Shown here in pieces: positions 12,515-20,725 of a stretch of DNA of 42,175 nt. Position numbers and translations under genes: made by a program. The notes beneath the pieces are model-generated. The model saw only the letters and a program-made list of their open reading frames with translations. It was not told the origin of the DNA and did not search any database. Within the stretch, counting starts at the first letter, position 1. Each line of letters begins with the position of its first letter. Origin of the DNA: Candidatus Methylomirabilota bacterium (GTDB lineage: Bacteria; Methylomirabilota; Methylomirabilia; Methylomirabilales; JACPAU01); contig JAKEHP010000046.1 in NCBI GenBank assembly GCA_022614955.1, positions 1 through 42,175 of the forward strand. Direction: 5' to 3'.

Positions 12515-13173
12515 AGATCCTGCGCCCGCTCATGGCCGGAGTGTTCCTGCTCTCCGTGGGGGCCTGCGCAACGGCACCGAAACCAGACTACTCCAGGTTC
12601 TTCGAGCACCACCCCCGGTCCCTAGTAATCGTCCCGGCAATCAATAAGACAACGGCAGTGGAAGCCCCGATCGTTTTCAATACAACGGCGACCAAACCCT
12701 TCGCCGAAAGAGGCTATTATGTCTATCCCGTCTTCCTCACGCGTGACATTCTGAATGATCTCGGCCTTTCGGACGAGGGGCTCATCGCCCAAGCCCAACC
12801 CCAGCGCTTCAGGGAGATCTTCGGCGCCGACGCCGTGCTGTTCGTAACGGTGAACACCTGGGCGACGACCTATGTCGTGCTGGCTTCCTCAGTGACAGTA
12901 GAAGCCAATTATAAGCTCGTGGATAGCGATTCAGGCGAAGTGATCTGGGAACGGACGGAGCGGGTAGTGGAGACGAGTGGAGGTGGTGGGGGTGGTGGTC
13001 TCGGTGGTCTCGTAGCGAGGGCGATTAGTGCCGCCCTCACCGCAATTCTCGTGGACTACCGTCCCCTAGCACGCAAGATGAATACCCTTGCAGTTGACAA
13101 GCCCGGGCAAGGACTCCCGGCAGGTCCCTACCGAAGCGAATACAAGCAAGATTACCCCAACTACCGCCACTAG
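12511..13173 (+). CDS. DUF799 / GNA1162-like lipoprotein
   Basis: ATGA overlap with the preceding gene. Lipobox LLSVGA/C. SLVIVPAINKT...AERGYYVYPV...FGADAVLFVTVNTW...YKLVDSDSGEVIWE, then a poly-Gly segment and a C-terminal helix. This pattern resembles the Neisseria GNA1162 family. Confidence 0.65.
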   Translation: MKILRPLMAGVFLLSVGACATAPKPDYSRFFEHHPRSLVIVPAINKTTAVEAPIVFNTTATKPFAERGYYVYPVFLTRDILNDLGLSDEGLIAQAQPQRFREIFGADAVLFVTVNTWATTYVVLASSVTVEANYKLVDSDSGEVIWERTERVVETSGGGGGGGLGGLVARAISAALTAILVDYRPLARKMNTLAVDKPGQGLPAGPYRSEYKQDYPNYRH

Positions 13174-13376
13174 CCCCCCGCCCCAGTAGGCCGGCAGAAC
13201 TCCCGGACCGTCAGCCCCGAGCCCCCGGTCCACCCCCTCAAGCCACCCTGCGCCGCCTGGACGTCTCTAGGGCGACCAGGAGACGCATCGTCAGCGCAGC
13301 GCGATGGCGCCTGCCAGATTTAGGAAACGGCGGCCCTCTACATGCGCCCCCGGCGGGCATGGTCGGCCGCCTGGCC

Positions 13377-15092
13377 CTACCCGAAAACCCCCCCGAGGCG
13401 GGCCCCGGCGACCCGGTTGACCAGGGCGAGGCTCAGGGCGGCGACGATGATCAGAATGAAGGAGAGGGCGGCGGCCTCGTTCGCGGAGCCGGCGATGTAG
13501 AACGTGAAGATCCCCACGGGAATCGTCTCCCATCCGCCCAGGTTCAGGAAGATCGTCGCGGAGGCCTCCTGGAGGGAGGTCATGAAGGAAAAGAGGGAGC
13601 CCACCAGGATCCCCCTCCAGATCATGGGGAGGGTGATGTCCTTGAAGGTGCGAACCTTGCTTGCCCCCACGCTCCCCGCCGCCTCTTCCAGAGAGCGGTG
13701 GACGAGGAGCAGGGAGGCGAAAGAGCCCCGCACCGTGTAGGGAAGCCGCCGCACCGCTAACACCAGCGGCATGACGATCCAGAGGCTCGTGAGACCGACT
13801 TGCAGCCCGGGCAGCGGCGCGTGGAAGGCCCGGATGTAGGCGATGCCGATGGCCGTTCCCGGGATGGCCAGGATGAGGGTGTTCAGGGCGTCCAGCAGGC
13901 CCCTCCCGGGGGCCTTGGTCCGGGCCAGGATCCAGGCGATAGGGACGCCGACACCGATGCAGATGGCCACCGCCAGGCCGGAGTACAGGAAAGAGTTCAA
14001 AATGTACTTCGGGGTCTCCGCCGTCACGCGGGCGAAGTAGGCGAACGTGTACTGGAGGGGGAAGGGGGTCAGGGACCAGGCCCTGCCGAAGGCGGCTAAC
14101 GTCACCCCCAGGAAGGGGAGAAAGGCCAGGAACAGCAGCAGGCTCAGGAACGTGACCGCCAGGGCCTGCTTCCCCGGGGAGAGGCGGCGGCGCTGCACCC
14201 GGGAGTAGGCCAGGGAGGAGTAGTCCTTGATGGCCACGTACTGCTTGGCCGCCACCAGGAAAACAACCGCCAGCGCCACCATCAGGACGGAGATGACGAT
14301 CCCCATCCGGAAGAGGCGTCGGTCCACGAACTGGACAATGTTGAGATAGGCCTGGGAGGCCAAAAGTTCGTGGACCCCCACCACGAGCGGGGTGGCGAAG
14401 TCGGCGAAGGTCCAGATGAAGACGAGGAGCGCCCCGGCCACATAGCCGGGGGTCGTGAGGGGGAGGGTGATCGTCCAGAATTTGCGCCAGCCCCGGGAGC
14501 CGACCGACTCCGCAGCTTCCTCGAGGCTCGGGTCAATCTTCGCCAGCGCGTCCAGGACGTTCAGGGTGATCATGGGGAAGAGGTGCAGGGTCTCGACCAG
14601 CAGGACCCCGTGGACCCCGTACATGAAATTGATCGGCTGCCGCAGGCCGAGGTAGTCCATCAGGAGGACGTTCACCGTCCCGGCCCGCCCCAGGATGAAC
14701 ACGAACCCGAGCACCCCCACCAGCGGCGGCGAGATAATCGGCAGCAGGGTGAGGTAGGAGAAGAGGCCCCGCCCGGCAAACTCGTAGCGGACCAGCAGGA
14801 CGGCGACCGCGATCCCCACCACCGACGTGGTGAGCACGGTCCCGAACCCGAGGAGGAGGGAGTTCACCAGGGAGCGGAGGTAAAAGGCGTCTGTAAAGAA
14901 CTCCCGGAAGTTCTCCAGGGTGAGGGCGCCGGCGTCATTGGAGAAGGCGTCGTAGAAGAGGCGCAGCAGCGGGTAGAAGAGGGTCAGGAGGAGGAAGCCC
15001 CAGATGGCGGCGAACCCGGCCACTGCGGCGAGGCGGGTCCGGGTGCGCGCCGCGGCTGCCGGGACGGCGGGGAGGGCGACAGGATCGGCCAT
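13377..15092 (-). CDS. ABC transporter permease, fused two-domain (FbpB/ThiP type)
   Basis: 571 aa and about 12 TM segments, with two internal repeats each carrying the EAA-type loop (LEEAAESVGS..., LEEAAGSVGASK). Lies downstream of an ATPase and a binding-protein gene. Confidence 0.85.
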   Translation of the reverse strand: MADPVALPAVPAAAARTRTRLAAVAGFAAIWGFLLLTLFYPLLRLFYDAFSNDAGALTLENFREFFTDAFYLRSLVNSLLLGFGTVLTTSVVGIAVAVLLVRYEFAGRGLFSYLTLLPIISPPLVGVLGFVFILGRAGTVNVLLMDYLGLRQPINFMYGVHGVLLVETLHLFPMITLNVLDALAKIDPSLEEAAESVGSRGWRKFWTITLPLTTPGYVAGALLVFIWTFADFATPLVVGVHELLASQAYLNIVQFVDRRLFRMGIVISVLMVALAVVFLVAAKQYVAIKDYSSLAYSRVQRRRLSPGKQALAVTFLSLLLFLAFLPFLGVTLAAFGRAWSLTPFPLQYTFAYFARVTAETPKYILNSFLYSGLAVAICIGVGVPIAWILARTKAPGRGLLDALNTLILAIPGTAIGIAYIRAFHAPLPGLQVGLTSLWIVMPLVLAVRRLPYTVRGSFASLLLVHRSLEEAAGSVGASKVRTFKDITLPMIWRGILVGSLFSFMTSLQEASATIFLNLGGWETIPVGIFTFYIAGSANEAAALSFILIIVAALSLALVNRVAGARLGGVFG

Positions 15093-15114
15093 GCGGCCTC
15101 CGCCTGGGGTGCCC

Positions 15115-16188
15115 CTAAGCGGGGATGGGGAGGGTGCTCCCAGCCGGGAAGAGGACGGTGACCGACGCCCCCACCTCCAGCCGCTCGTGGTGCCAGGGGT
15201 CCCGGATGTCCACCTTCAGGAGGGTCCCGCCCGCCGCCTCCACGTCGTAGCGGAGGGTATTCCCCAGATAGGAGGCGAAGACGATCTTCCCGGGGATCCG
15301 GTTCTCCCCCGGGCCCTCCCCCCCCACCGGCGCCAGGGAGGTGTTTTCGGGGCGGACGGACAGCAGGCACCGGTCGCCCGGGCTCAGGCCAGGCCGCCTC
15401 AGGGCCCGGAGCTCCCCCAGAGCCGTCTGGACCCGGAGCAGGCCCGCCGCCTCCCCCGCGACGGTCCCCGGGATCAGGTTGTTCACCCCGATGAAGTCGG
15501 CCACGAACGGGGTGGCGGGCTGCTCGTACAGTTCCCTGGGGATCCCTACCTGGAAGACCTTCCCCTGGTTCAGGACGGCGATCCGGTCCGAGAGGGAGAG
15601 CGCCTCCTCCTGATCGTGGGTCACGTAGACGGTGGTGATCCCCAGTTCCTTCTGGAGCTTCCGGATCTCGCTGCGGACCGCCACCCGGATCTTGGCGTCA
15701 AGGTTGCTCAGCGGCTCATCCAGCAGCAGGAGGTCGGGGTTCAGGACGAGCGCCCGGGCCAGCGCCACCCGCTGCTGCTGCCCGCCGGAGAGCTGGCCAG
15801 GATAGCGCTCCTCGAGCCCCGTCAGGTTGACCTTCCGCAGCCCCTCCGAAACCCGCCCCGGGAGCTCCTCGGCGGGGAGGCGCTTGATCTTCAGCCCGTA
15901 GGCCACGTTCTGCCAGACCGTCATGTGGGGCCAGAGGGCGTAGTTCTGGAACACCATGCCGATGTTCCGCTGGGAGGGGGGGATGGCGTTGACCAGACGG
16001 CCCTCGAAGAAGATCTCGCCCGCGTCGGGGAGGTAGAAGCCCCCGATGAGGCGCAGAAGCGTGCTCTTCCCGCACCCGGAGGGCCCCAGGAGGGTGAAGA
16101 GCTCCCCGTCCCGGATCTGGAGGGAAACGCGGCTGACCGCCTCGAGCCGACCGAAGCGCTTTGTCAGGTCGGTGATCCGGATCTGCAT
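15115..16188 (-). CDS. ABC transporter ATP-binding protein (FbpC/PotA-like, C-terminal TOBE-like domain)
   Basis: Walker A GPSGCGKST, Q-loop, signature LSGGQQQRVALARAL, Walker B LLLLDEP and H-loop VTHDQ. 357 aa. Confidence 0.92.
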   Translation of the reverse strand: MQIRITDLTKRFGRLEAVSRVSLQIRDGELFTLLGPSGCGKSTLLRLIGGFYLPDAGEIFFEGRLVNAIPPSQRNIGMVFQNYALWPHMTVWQNVAYGLKIKRLPAEELPGRVSEGLRKVNLTGLEERYPGQLSGGQQQRVALARALVLNPDLLLLDEPLSNLDAKIRVAVRSEIRKLQKELGITTVYVTHDQEEALSLSDRIAVLNQGKVFQVGIPRELYEQPATPFVADFIGVNNLIPGTVAGEAAGLLRVQTALGELRALRRPGLSPGDRCLLSVRPENTSLAPVGGEGPGENRIPGKIVFASYLGNTLRYDVEAAGGTLLKVDIRDPWHHERLEVGASVTVLFPAGSTLPIPA

Positions 16189-16210
16189 GGCCGATCAGGG
16201 GGCGTGACCC

Positions 16211-17344
16211 CTACCGCGCCTTCTTCAGCTCATCCCACTTGGCCTCGATCTCGGCCCGATACTTGGTCTTCAGGCCCTCCGACCGCTTGCTGGCGATGGC
16301 ATCGTCGTACACGTTGCTCACATCGCCCTCGAAGTAGGACCGGACGCCCCCGGTGAACTCCACCGCCTTCTCGGCATCCGAGCCCGGAGGCCCCTGGACC
16401 CTGTACTTGGGGGTGATAGGGAAGAGGCCCCGCTCCATGAAGACCCGCTGGCCCCGCTCGGTGAGGAGGAACTCGATGAAGGCGGCAGCCGCCTTCGGGT
16501 GCTTGGCCCCCGCCAGAATGGCCATGGGCTCGGGGGTGACGTAGGCATTCTTCGGAGCCACGAACATGATGTCGAAGCCGGCCAGCCGCTCCTCGAAGGC
16601 CATGTAGGAGGGCACGGCGAAGCCGGCGGCGAACTCCCCCTTCGCCACTACGGAGGGCACGTCACGGCTTCGGGCGGTGAAGATGCCGGAGTTCCCGGCG
16701 AGTTTCTTGAGCCAGTCCCAGCCCTTCTCCTCCCCGAGGCTCTGGAGGATCACCTCGTAGGTGGCGTTGCTGCTGCTGCTCCGGGTGGGAGCGCACTGGG
16801 CCACGTTGCCCTTCAGGCGGGGGTCCAGCAGGTCGTCCCATGACTTGATCGCGGGGACGCCCAGCCGCTGCAGGACGCGGGGGTGGTAGACCAGGCCGTA
16901 GGGCTCGAGGGCGGTGCCGACCCAGTAGCCGCGGGGGTCCTTCAGCGGGATCGGGTTGGGCTTGCCGATGGCAGCCGGAATGGCATCCCAGGCAGCCCTC
17001 GACAGCTCCAGCTTGCTCAGGAGCTTCTGGTCCGTGAGCTTGTCGAAGAGGGCGCTCTCGCCGCCCCAGAAGATGTCCACCTCCGGTCGCCCCTTCCACT
17101 CCACGATCCGCCCGTAGGCGACGGGGGTCCCGGCGACGAGGGCATTCACCTTCACCGTGACATTCCAGGTCTCCTTGGCGTACTGGGCGAAGGCCTTCAG
17201 CGCGGCGTCGTGGATGAACTTGGAGACGGGGGTGATGAGGACGAGCTCGTCCTCGATGGGCTGGGCGGGGACCACGCCCGGCACCAGGCCCAGGGCTAAA
17301 GTCAACACGAGTCCCCGCAACAGGGTACGTTGCACGCGTCTCAT
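16211..17344 (-). CDS. Periplasmic solute-binding protein, Fe3+/thiamine/polyamine-type family 1
   Basis: Track ORF trimmed to ATG 17344, preceded by GAAGGAGGGG. Signal peptide MRRVQRTLLRGLVLTLALGLVPGVVPA/QP. Mature protein of ~350 aa has the typical SBP pattern. The substrate cannot be read from the sequence. Confidence 0.8.
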   Translation of the reverse strand: MRRVQRTLLRGLVLTLALGLVPGVVPAQPIEDELVLITPVSKFIHDAALKAFAQYAKETWNVTVKVNALVAGTPVAYGRIVEWKGRPEVDIFWGGESALFDKLTDQKLLSKLELSRAAWDAIPAAIGKPNPIPLKDPRGYWVGTALEPYGLVYHPRVLQRLGVPAIKSWDDLLDPRLKGNVAQCAPTRSSSSNATYEVILQSLGEEKGWDWLKKLAGNSGIFTARSRDVPSVVAKGEFAAGFAVPSYMAFEERLAGFDIMFVAPKNAYVTPEPMAILAGAKHPKAAAAFIEFLLTERGQRVFMERGLFPITPKYRVQGPPGSDAEKAVEFTGGVRSYFEGDVSNVYDDAIASKRSEGLKTKYRAEIEAKWDELKKAR

Positions 17345-17577
17345 AGTCCCCTCCTTCATCGAAGATAGCAGGTTAGTTCGGGCCGCGGCCCGCGATGGCC
17401 CGCGTCGAGCCCCCCGGGGGGCGCGATGGATTCGGCGGGCTGGCCGGGCGTTGCTACCCGCACTATAGCACGCCCCAGCGCCAGCCTTCAACGCCGATCC
17501 ACACCCGTACCTGCCCGAAGTCGGTCTGAGCATGCCGCCCGGGAGCGGGCTCAAACCGAACCGTGGCCGCGGCGGGG

Positions 17578-18729
17578 TCAGTCGTCGTCGTCATCTTCCA
17601 GCGGGAGCTCCGCGGCGACGAACGCGTCGCGTGCCTTGACGCCGACATCGCTGTTGTCGGTGAAGAACCCGTCGATGCCGGCGTCGAGGAAGGCCCTGGT
17701 CTCCGCCTCCCCGTTGCCGCGCGCGTTCGGATCGGGCGACGAGCGGAGATTAAGCGGCAGGAACGTGTTCTCGACGCGGAAGGTGTAGGGGTGCACCAGG
17801 AGCCCGACGGCGTGGGCGTTCTCCACGAACTTGGTGGCGTTGGCCGGGTCAAGGATTCCCAAGACGAGCGGGATGACGTACGACTTCGCCGGTCCGACGC
17901 CGTCGGCGTAGGTGGCGATCTCCTCCAGGCCCGCCGGGGTCGCCATCTGGCCGTAGGTGAGGGTCCCGCCCGCGGCAAAGACATCGAACGGCTGACTCAG
18001 GGGGTTCCCGCCGAAGAGCTGTACGAGCGGGATCTTGGTCATGGTCCGGAGCTTCCTCAGGTTCGAGATCTCAAAGGACTGGATGAACACGCGGTCCCGG
18101 TTCCGCTTCCGCTCGTAGCCATTCTTGTGGAGGATCTCCACGAGCGGCTCCTCCAGCGACAGCCCGAGGCCGTCGAAGTAGGTCGGATGCTTGGTCTCCG
18201 GGTAGATCCCGATCTTGCGGCCGGTGAGCTTCTCCAGCGCCTTGGCCAGATCGATGACCTCCTGGAGCGTCGGCACCTCGAGCTGGCCGTCCAGGCGAGC
18301 GTTGCCGGGACGGATGCCCGGGATGCGCTCCTTGGCCCGCAGTGTCTTGATCTCGGCCAGCGTGAAGTCCTCGCTCCACCACGCATCATTGACCGTGACG
18401 CCATCCAGAACCTTCGTCGTTTTGCGGTTGGCGAACTCGGGGTGGTCGGCGACGTTCGTGGTCTCGTTAAGAATGTTCTCGTGGCGCGCGATCAGGTGCC
18501 CATCCTTCGTCGAGACGAGGTCGGGCTCGATGAAGTCGGCGCCCAGGTGGACGGCGAGCGCGTACGCCACGAGCGTGTGCTCCGGGACGTACCCGGACGC
18601 GCCGCGGTGGCCGATGACGATCGGCCGGTTGGACGGGGCGTCCGAATCGGCGACTGCGTGGCCGGTCGTGCCGGCGAGCGCGAGCAGCGCCGCGGTTGCC
18701 AGTAGGCGGAGAGACGTCGTGCGGATCAT
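17578..18729 (-). CDS. glpQ: Glycerophosphodiester phosphodiesterase, secreted
   Basis: Track ORF trimmed to ATG 18729. Signal peptide MIRTTSLRLLATAALLALAGTTGHAVA. GDPD motifs IVIGHRGASGYVPEHT and FIEPDLVSTKDGHLIARHE. Unusual C-terminal EDDDDD tail. Confidence 0.88.
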   Translation of the reverse strand: MIRTTSLRLLATAALLALAGTTGHAVADSDAPSNRPIVIGHRGASGYVPEHTLVAYALAVHLGADFIEPDLVSTKDGHLIARHENILNETTNVADHPEFANRKTTKVLDGVTVNDAWWSEDFTLAEIKTLRAKERIPGIRPGNARLDGQLEVPTLQEVIDLAKALEKLTGRKIGIYPETKHPTYFDGLGLSLEEPLVEILHKNGYERKRNRDRVFIQSFEISNLRKLRTMTKIPLVQLFGGNPLSQPFDVFAAGGTLTYGQMATPAGLEEIATYADGVGPAKSYVIPLVLGILDPANATKFVENAHAVGLLVHPYTFRVENTFLPLNLRSSPDPNARGNGEAETRAFLDAGIDGFFTDNSDVGVKARDAFVAAELPLEDDDDD

Positions 18730-18918
18730 GTCGACCCCCCTGTTTCGGTGGTTTCGGCGCGCACACACGGGGAGATGCCACGCTCCCCGGCCCGCTCACG
18801 ACCTTACGAAACCGGATAGGAAACTGGAAACCGGGCGCGGCCGGGCGTAGTCACCAAGTGGGGTGGACGACCGGGGGAACCCCCGAGCCAGGGATAGCAT
18901 AGCACACCAGGGAGGCCT

Positions 18919-20571
18919 TCAAGCCCTTTTTTCGCCGGCCGCCTCCGCCTCCCGGAAGCGCTGACCCAACGCGACCTCCTCCCAGAAGGCTGCCAGCTCC
19001 CGCTCCTGCCGGGCGCGGTCCCAGCCACAGAGGCCCGCCATTCGGGCCGCGATGCCCTCGGCGCAGTCCCTTCCCAGGCAGGAGCTGGTCCCGATGCCGG
19101 TCCGCCGCAGGAGCACATCGGTCAGGCTGACGGCCGCCTCTGCCTCGACCGCGTGCGCGAGCTGCGCGACGATGTCGGGGTTCGAGGGGCAGAGGCGAGC
19201 CTTCAGGTCGGGGCGCTGGAGTGTCCGGTCCAGCACCTCCCGGTAGCGGCGCCCGTACGTCTCCACCAGCGTCTCCAGCAGGGTCGGCTCCACCGCGTAC
19301 CGGGCGCCCTCCGCGGCGGCGTCCACGGGGATGCGGGCCTCGAGCAGGGCAATCTCCGTGTCCAGACCGTCCAGAGCGAGGCGGTGGGTCCGCACCGGTT
19401 CGCCCCGCTTCACCAGCGCGCTGATCCGGTCCACCGCCTCCTCGGCCTGCTGCCGGTAGCAGGTCAGTTTCACCCCGGTGAGGGAGAGGACATTCCCCCC
19501 CTCCCCCTCCACGATGACCTTGTGCGCCCGCGAGACCTGCCAGGAGCGTTTTCCCTCCTCGTAGGTGAGGGGCCGGACGCCGGCATAGGTATAGACGACG
19601 TCGGCGGGGCTGATCCGCGCGCGCGGGAAGACCCGCCGGGTCTCGGCCAGCAGGTATCCCACCTCTTCGGCGGTGGCGTGGAGGCGATCCAGGTCGCCGG
19701 TGAAGTCGGTGTCGGTGGTCCCCACCAGGGAGAAGGCACGCCAGGGGATGACGAAGAACATCCGGTCGTCCCGGGCCTGGACATAGACGGCGTGGCTGGT
19801 CAGGCGGGGCAGGAGGAGGTGGACCCCCTTGGTCGTCCGCACGATCCGCCGTCCGCCGTCGAGGCCCGCGAGCGCCCGGACATCGTCAATCCAGGGTCCG
19901 GTCGCATTGACCAGAACCTTGGCCCGGAGACGGGCAACCTCTCCCGTCAGGACATCCCTCACCGTCACGCCGGCGATGCGCGACCCGTCGCGGAGGAATT
20001 CCTCCACCCGGGCATAGTTATAGACCTCGGCCCCGTGGCGCCGGGCCGAGAGGACATTCTCCAGACACAGGCGCTCCGGATTCAGCAGGAGATCGTCGAA
20101 GTAGAACCCCGCCCCCTTCAGGTCGGTCCCATCCAGTCCCGGCTCCAGGGCCAGCGCCCGCTCCCGCGAGATGCCGCCGTAGCGGCCCCCCCGTCGACCC
20201 GGGGTCAATAAATCATAGAGGGTCAGCCCCACCCGGATCTGGATCATCCCCCGCTTGGCCCCCCGGTACACCGGGAGCAGAAACGGGAGGGGCCGGATGA
20301 GGTGGGGGGCCATCCGGCGCAGGCGCTCCCGCTCCCGCAGCGACTCGGCCACCAACCCGAAGTCGAACAGCTCCAGATACCGGAGCCCGCCGTGGATGAG
20401 CTTGGAGGAGCGGCTGGTCGTCCCGAAGGCGAAGTCTTGCTTCTCCACGAGGGCGACGCTGAGCCCGCGCAGGGCGGCGTCCCGGGCGATGCCGGCGCCC
20501 GCCATGCCCCCGCCGATCACGAGGACATCGAACTCCCGGTCGGCGATCCCGGCAAGTCGCTGCCGCCGCAC
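18919..20571 (-). CDS. glpD: FAD-dependent glycerol-3-phosphate dehydrogenase
   Basis: 550 aa with a GTG start. FAD fingerprint DVLVIGGGMAGAGIARDAALRG and FGTTSRSSKLIHGGLRYLE. Full GlpD-type length including the C-terminal helical domain. Confidence 0.9.
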   Translation of the reverse strand: MRRQRLAGIADREFDVLVIGGGMAGAGIARDAALRGLSVALVEKQDFAFGTTSRSSKLIHGGLRYLELFDFGLVAESLRERERLRRMAPHLIRPLPFLLPVYRGAKRGMIQIRVGLTLYDLLTPGRRGGRYGGISRERALALEPGLDGTDLKGAGFYFDDLLLNPERLCLENVLSARRHGAEVYNYARVEEFLRDGSRIAGVTVRDVLTGEVARLRAKVLVNATGPWIDDVRALAGLDGGRRIVRTTKGVHLLLPRLTSHAVYVQARDDRMFFVIPWRAFSLVGTTDTDFTGDLDRLHATAEEVGYLLAETRRVFPRARISPADVVYTYAGVRPLTYEEGKRSWQVSRAHKVIVEGEGGNVLSLTGVKLTCYRQQAEEAVDRISALVKRGEPVRTHRLALDGLDTEIALLEARIPVDAAAEGARYAVEPTLLETLVETYGRRYREVLDRTLQRPDLKARLCPSNPDIVAQLAHAVEAEAAVSLTDVLLRRTGIGTSSCLGRDCAEGIAARMAGLCGWDRARQERELAAFWEEVALGQRFREAEAAGEKRA

Positions 20572-20690
20572 CGCGCACCCCCTGAAGCCCAGGCCAGAAG
20601 GGCCCCTCAGGCCGGCTGAGAATAGAGGGCGCTGGGCCGGCTGTCAAGACAGGGAGGAGGCTCCAATGCCGCCAAAATCCCACATTTCGG

Positions 20691-20718
20691 TTGACATTGC
20701 GGTCCGGGGTGCTACTGT
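20691..20718 (+). promoter_or_regulatory. Candidate promoter TTGACA-N16-TACTGT immediately before mtnA
   Basis: Consensus -35. The -10 ends 7 nt before ATG 20726, implying a leaderless or near-leaderless transcript. No SD lies before 20726. Confidence 0.3.
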
Positions 20719-20725
20719 AATTTCC

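Noticed and set aside
20255-20725. Upstream 157 residues of the 507-aa track ORF containing mtnA
   Set aside because: This part is antisense to the 5' end of glpD and to intergenic DNA, and shows no MtnA similarity. Only ATG 20666 remains as a possible alternative start and is discussed as a finding.
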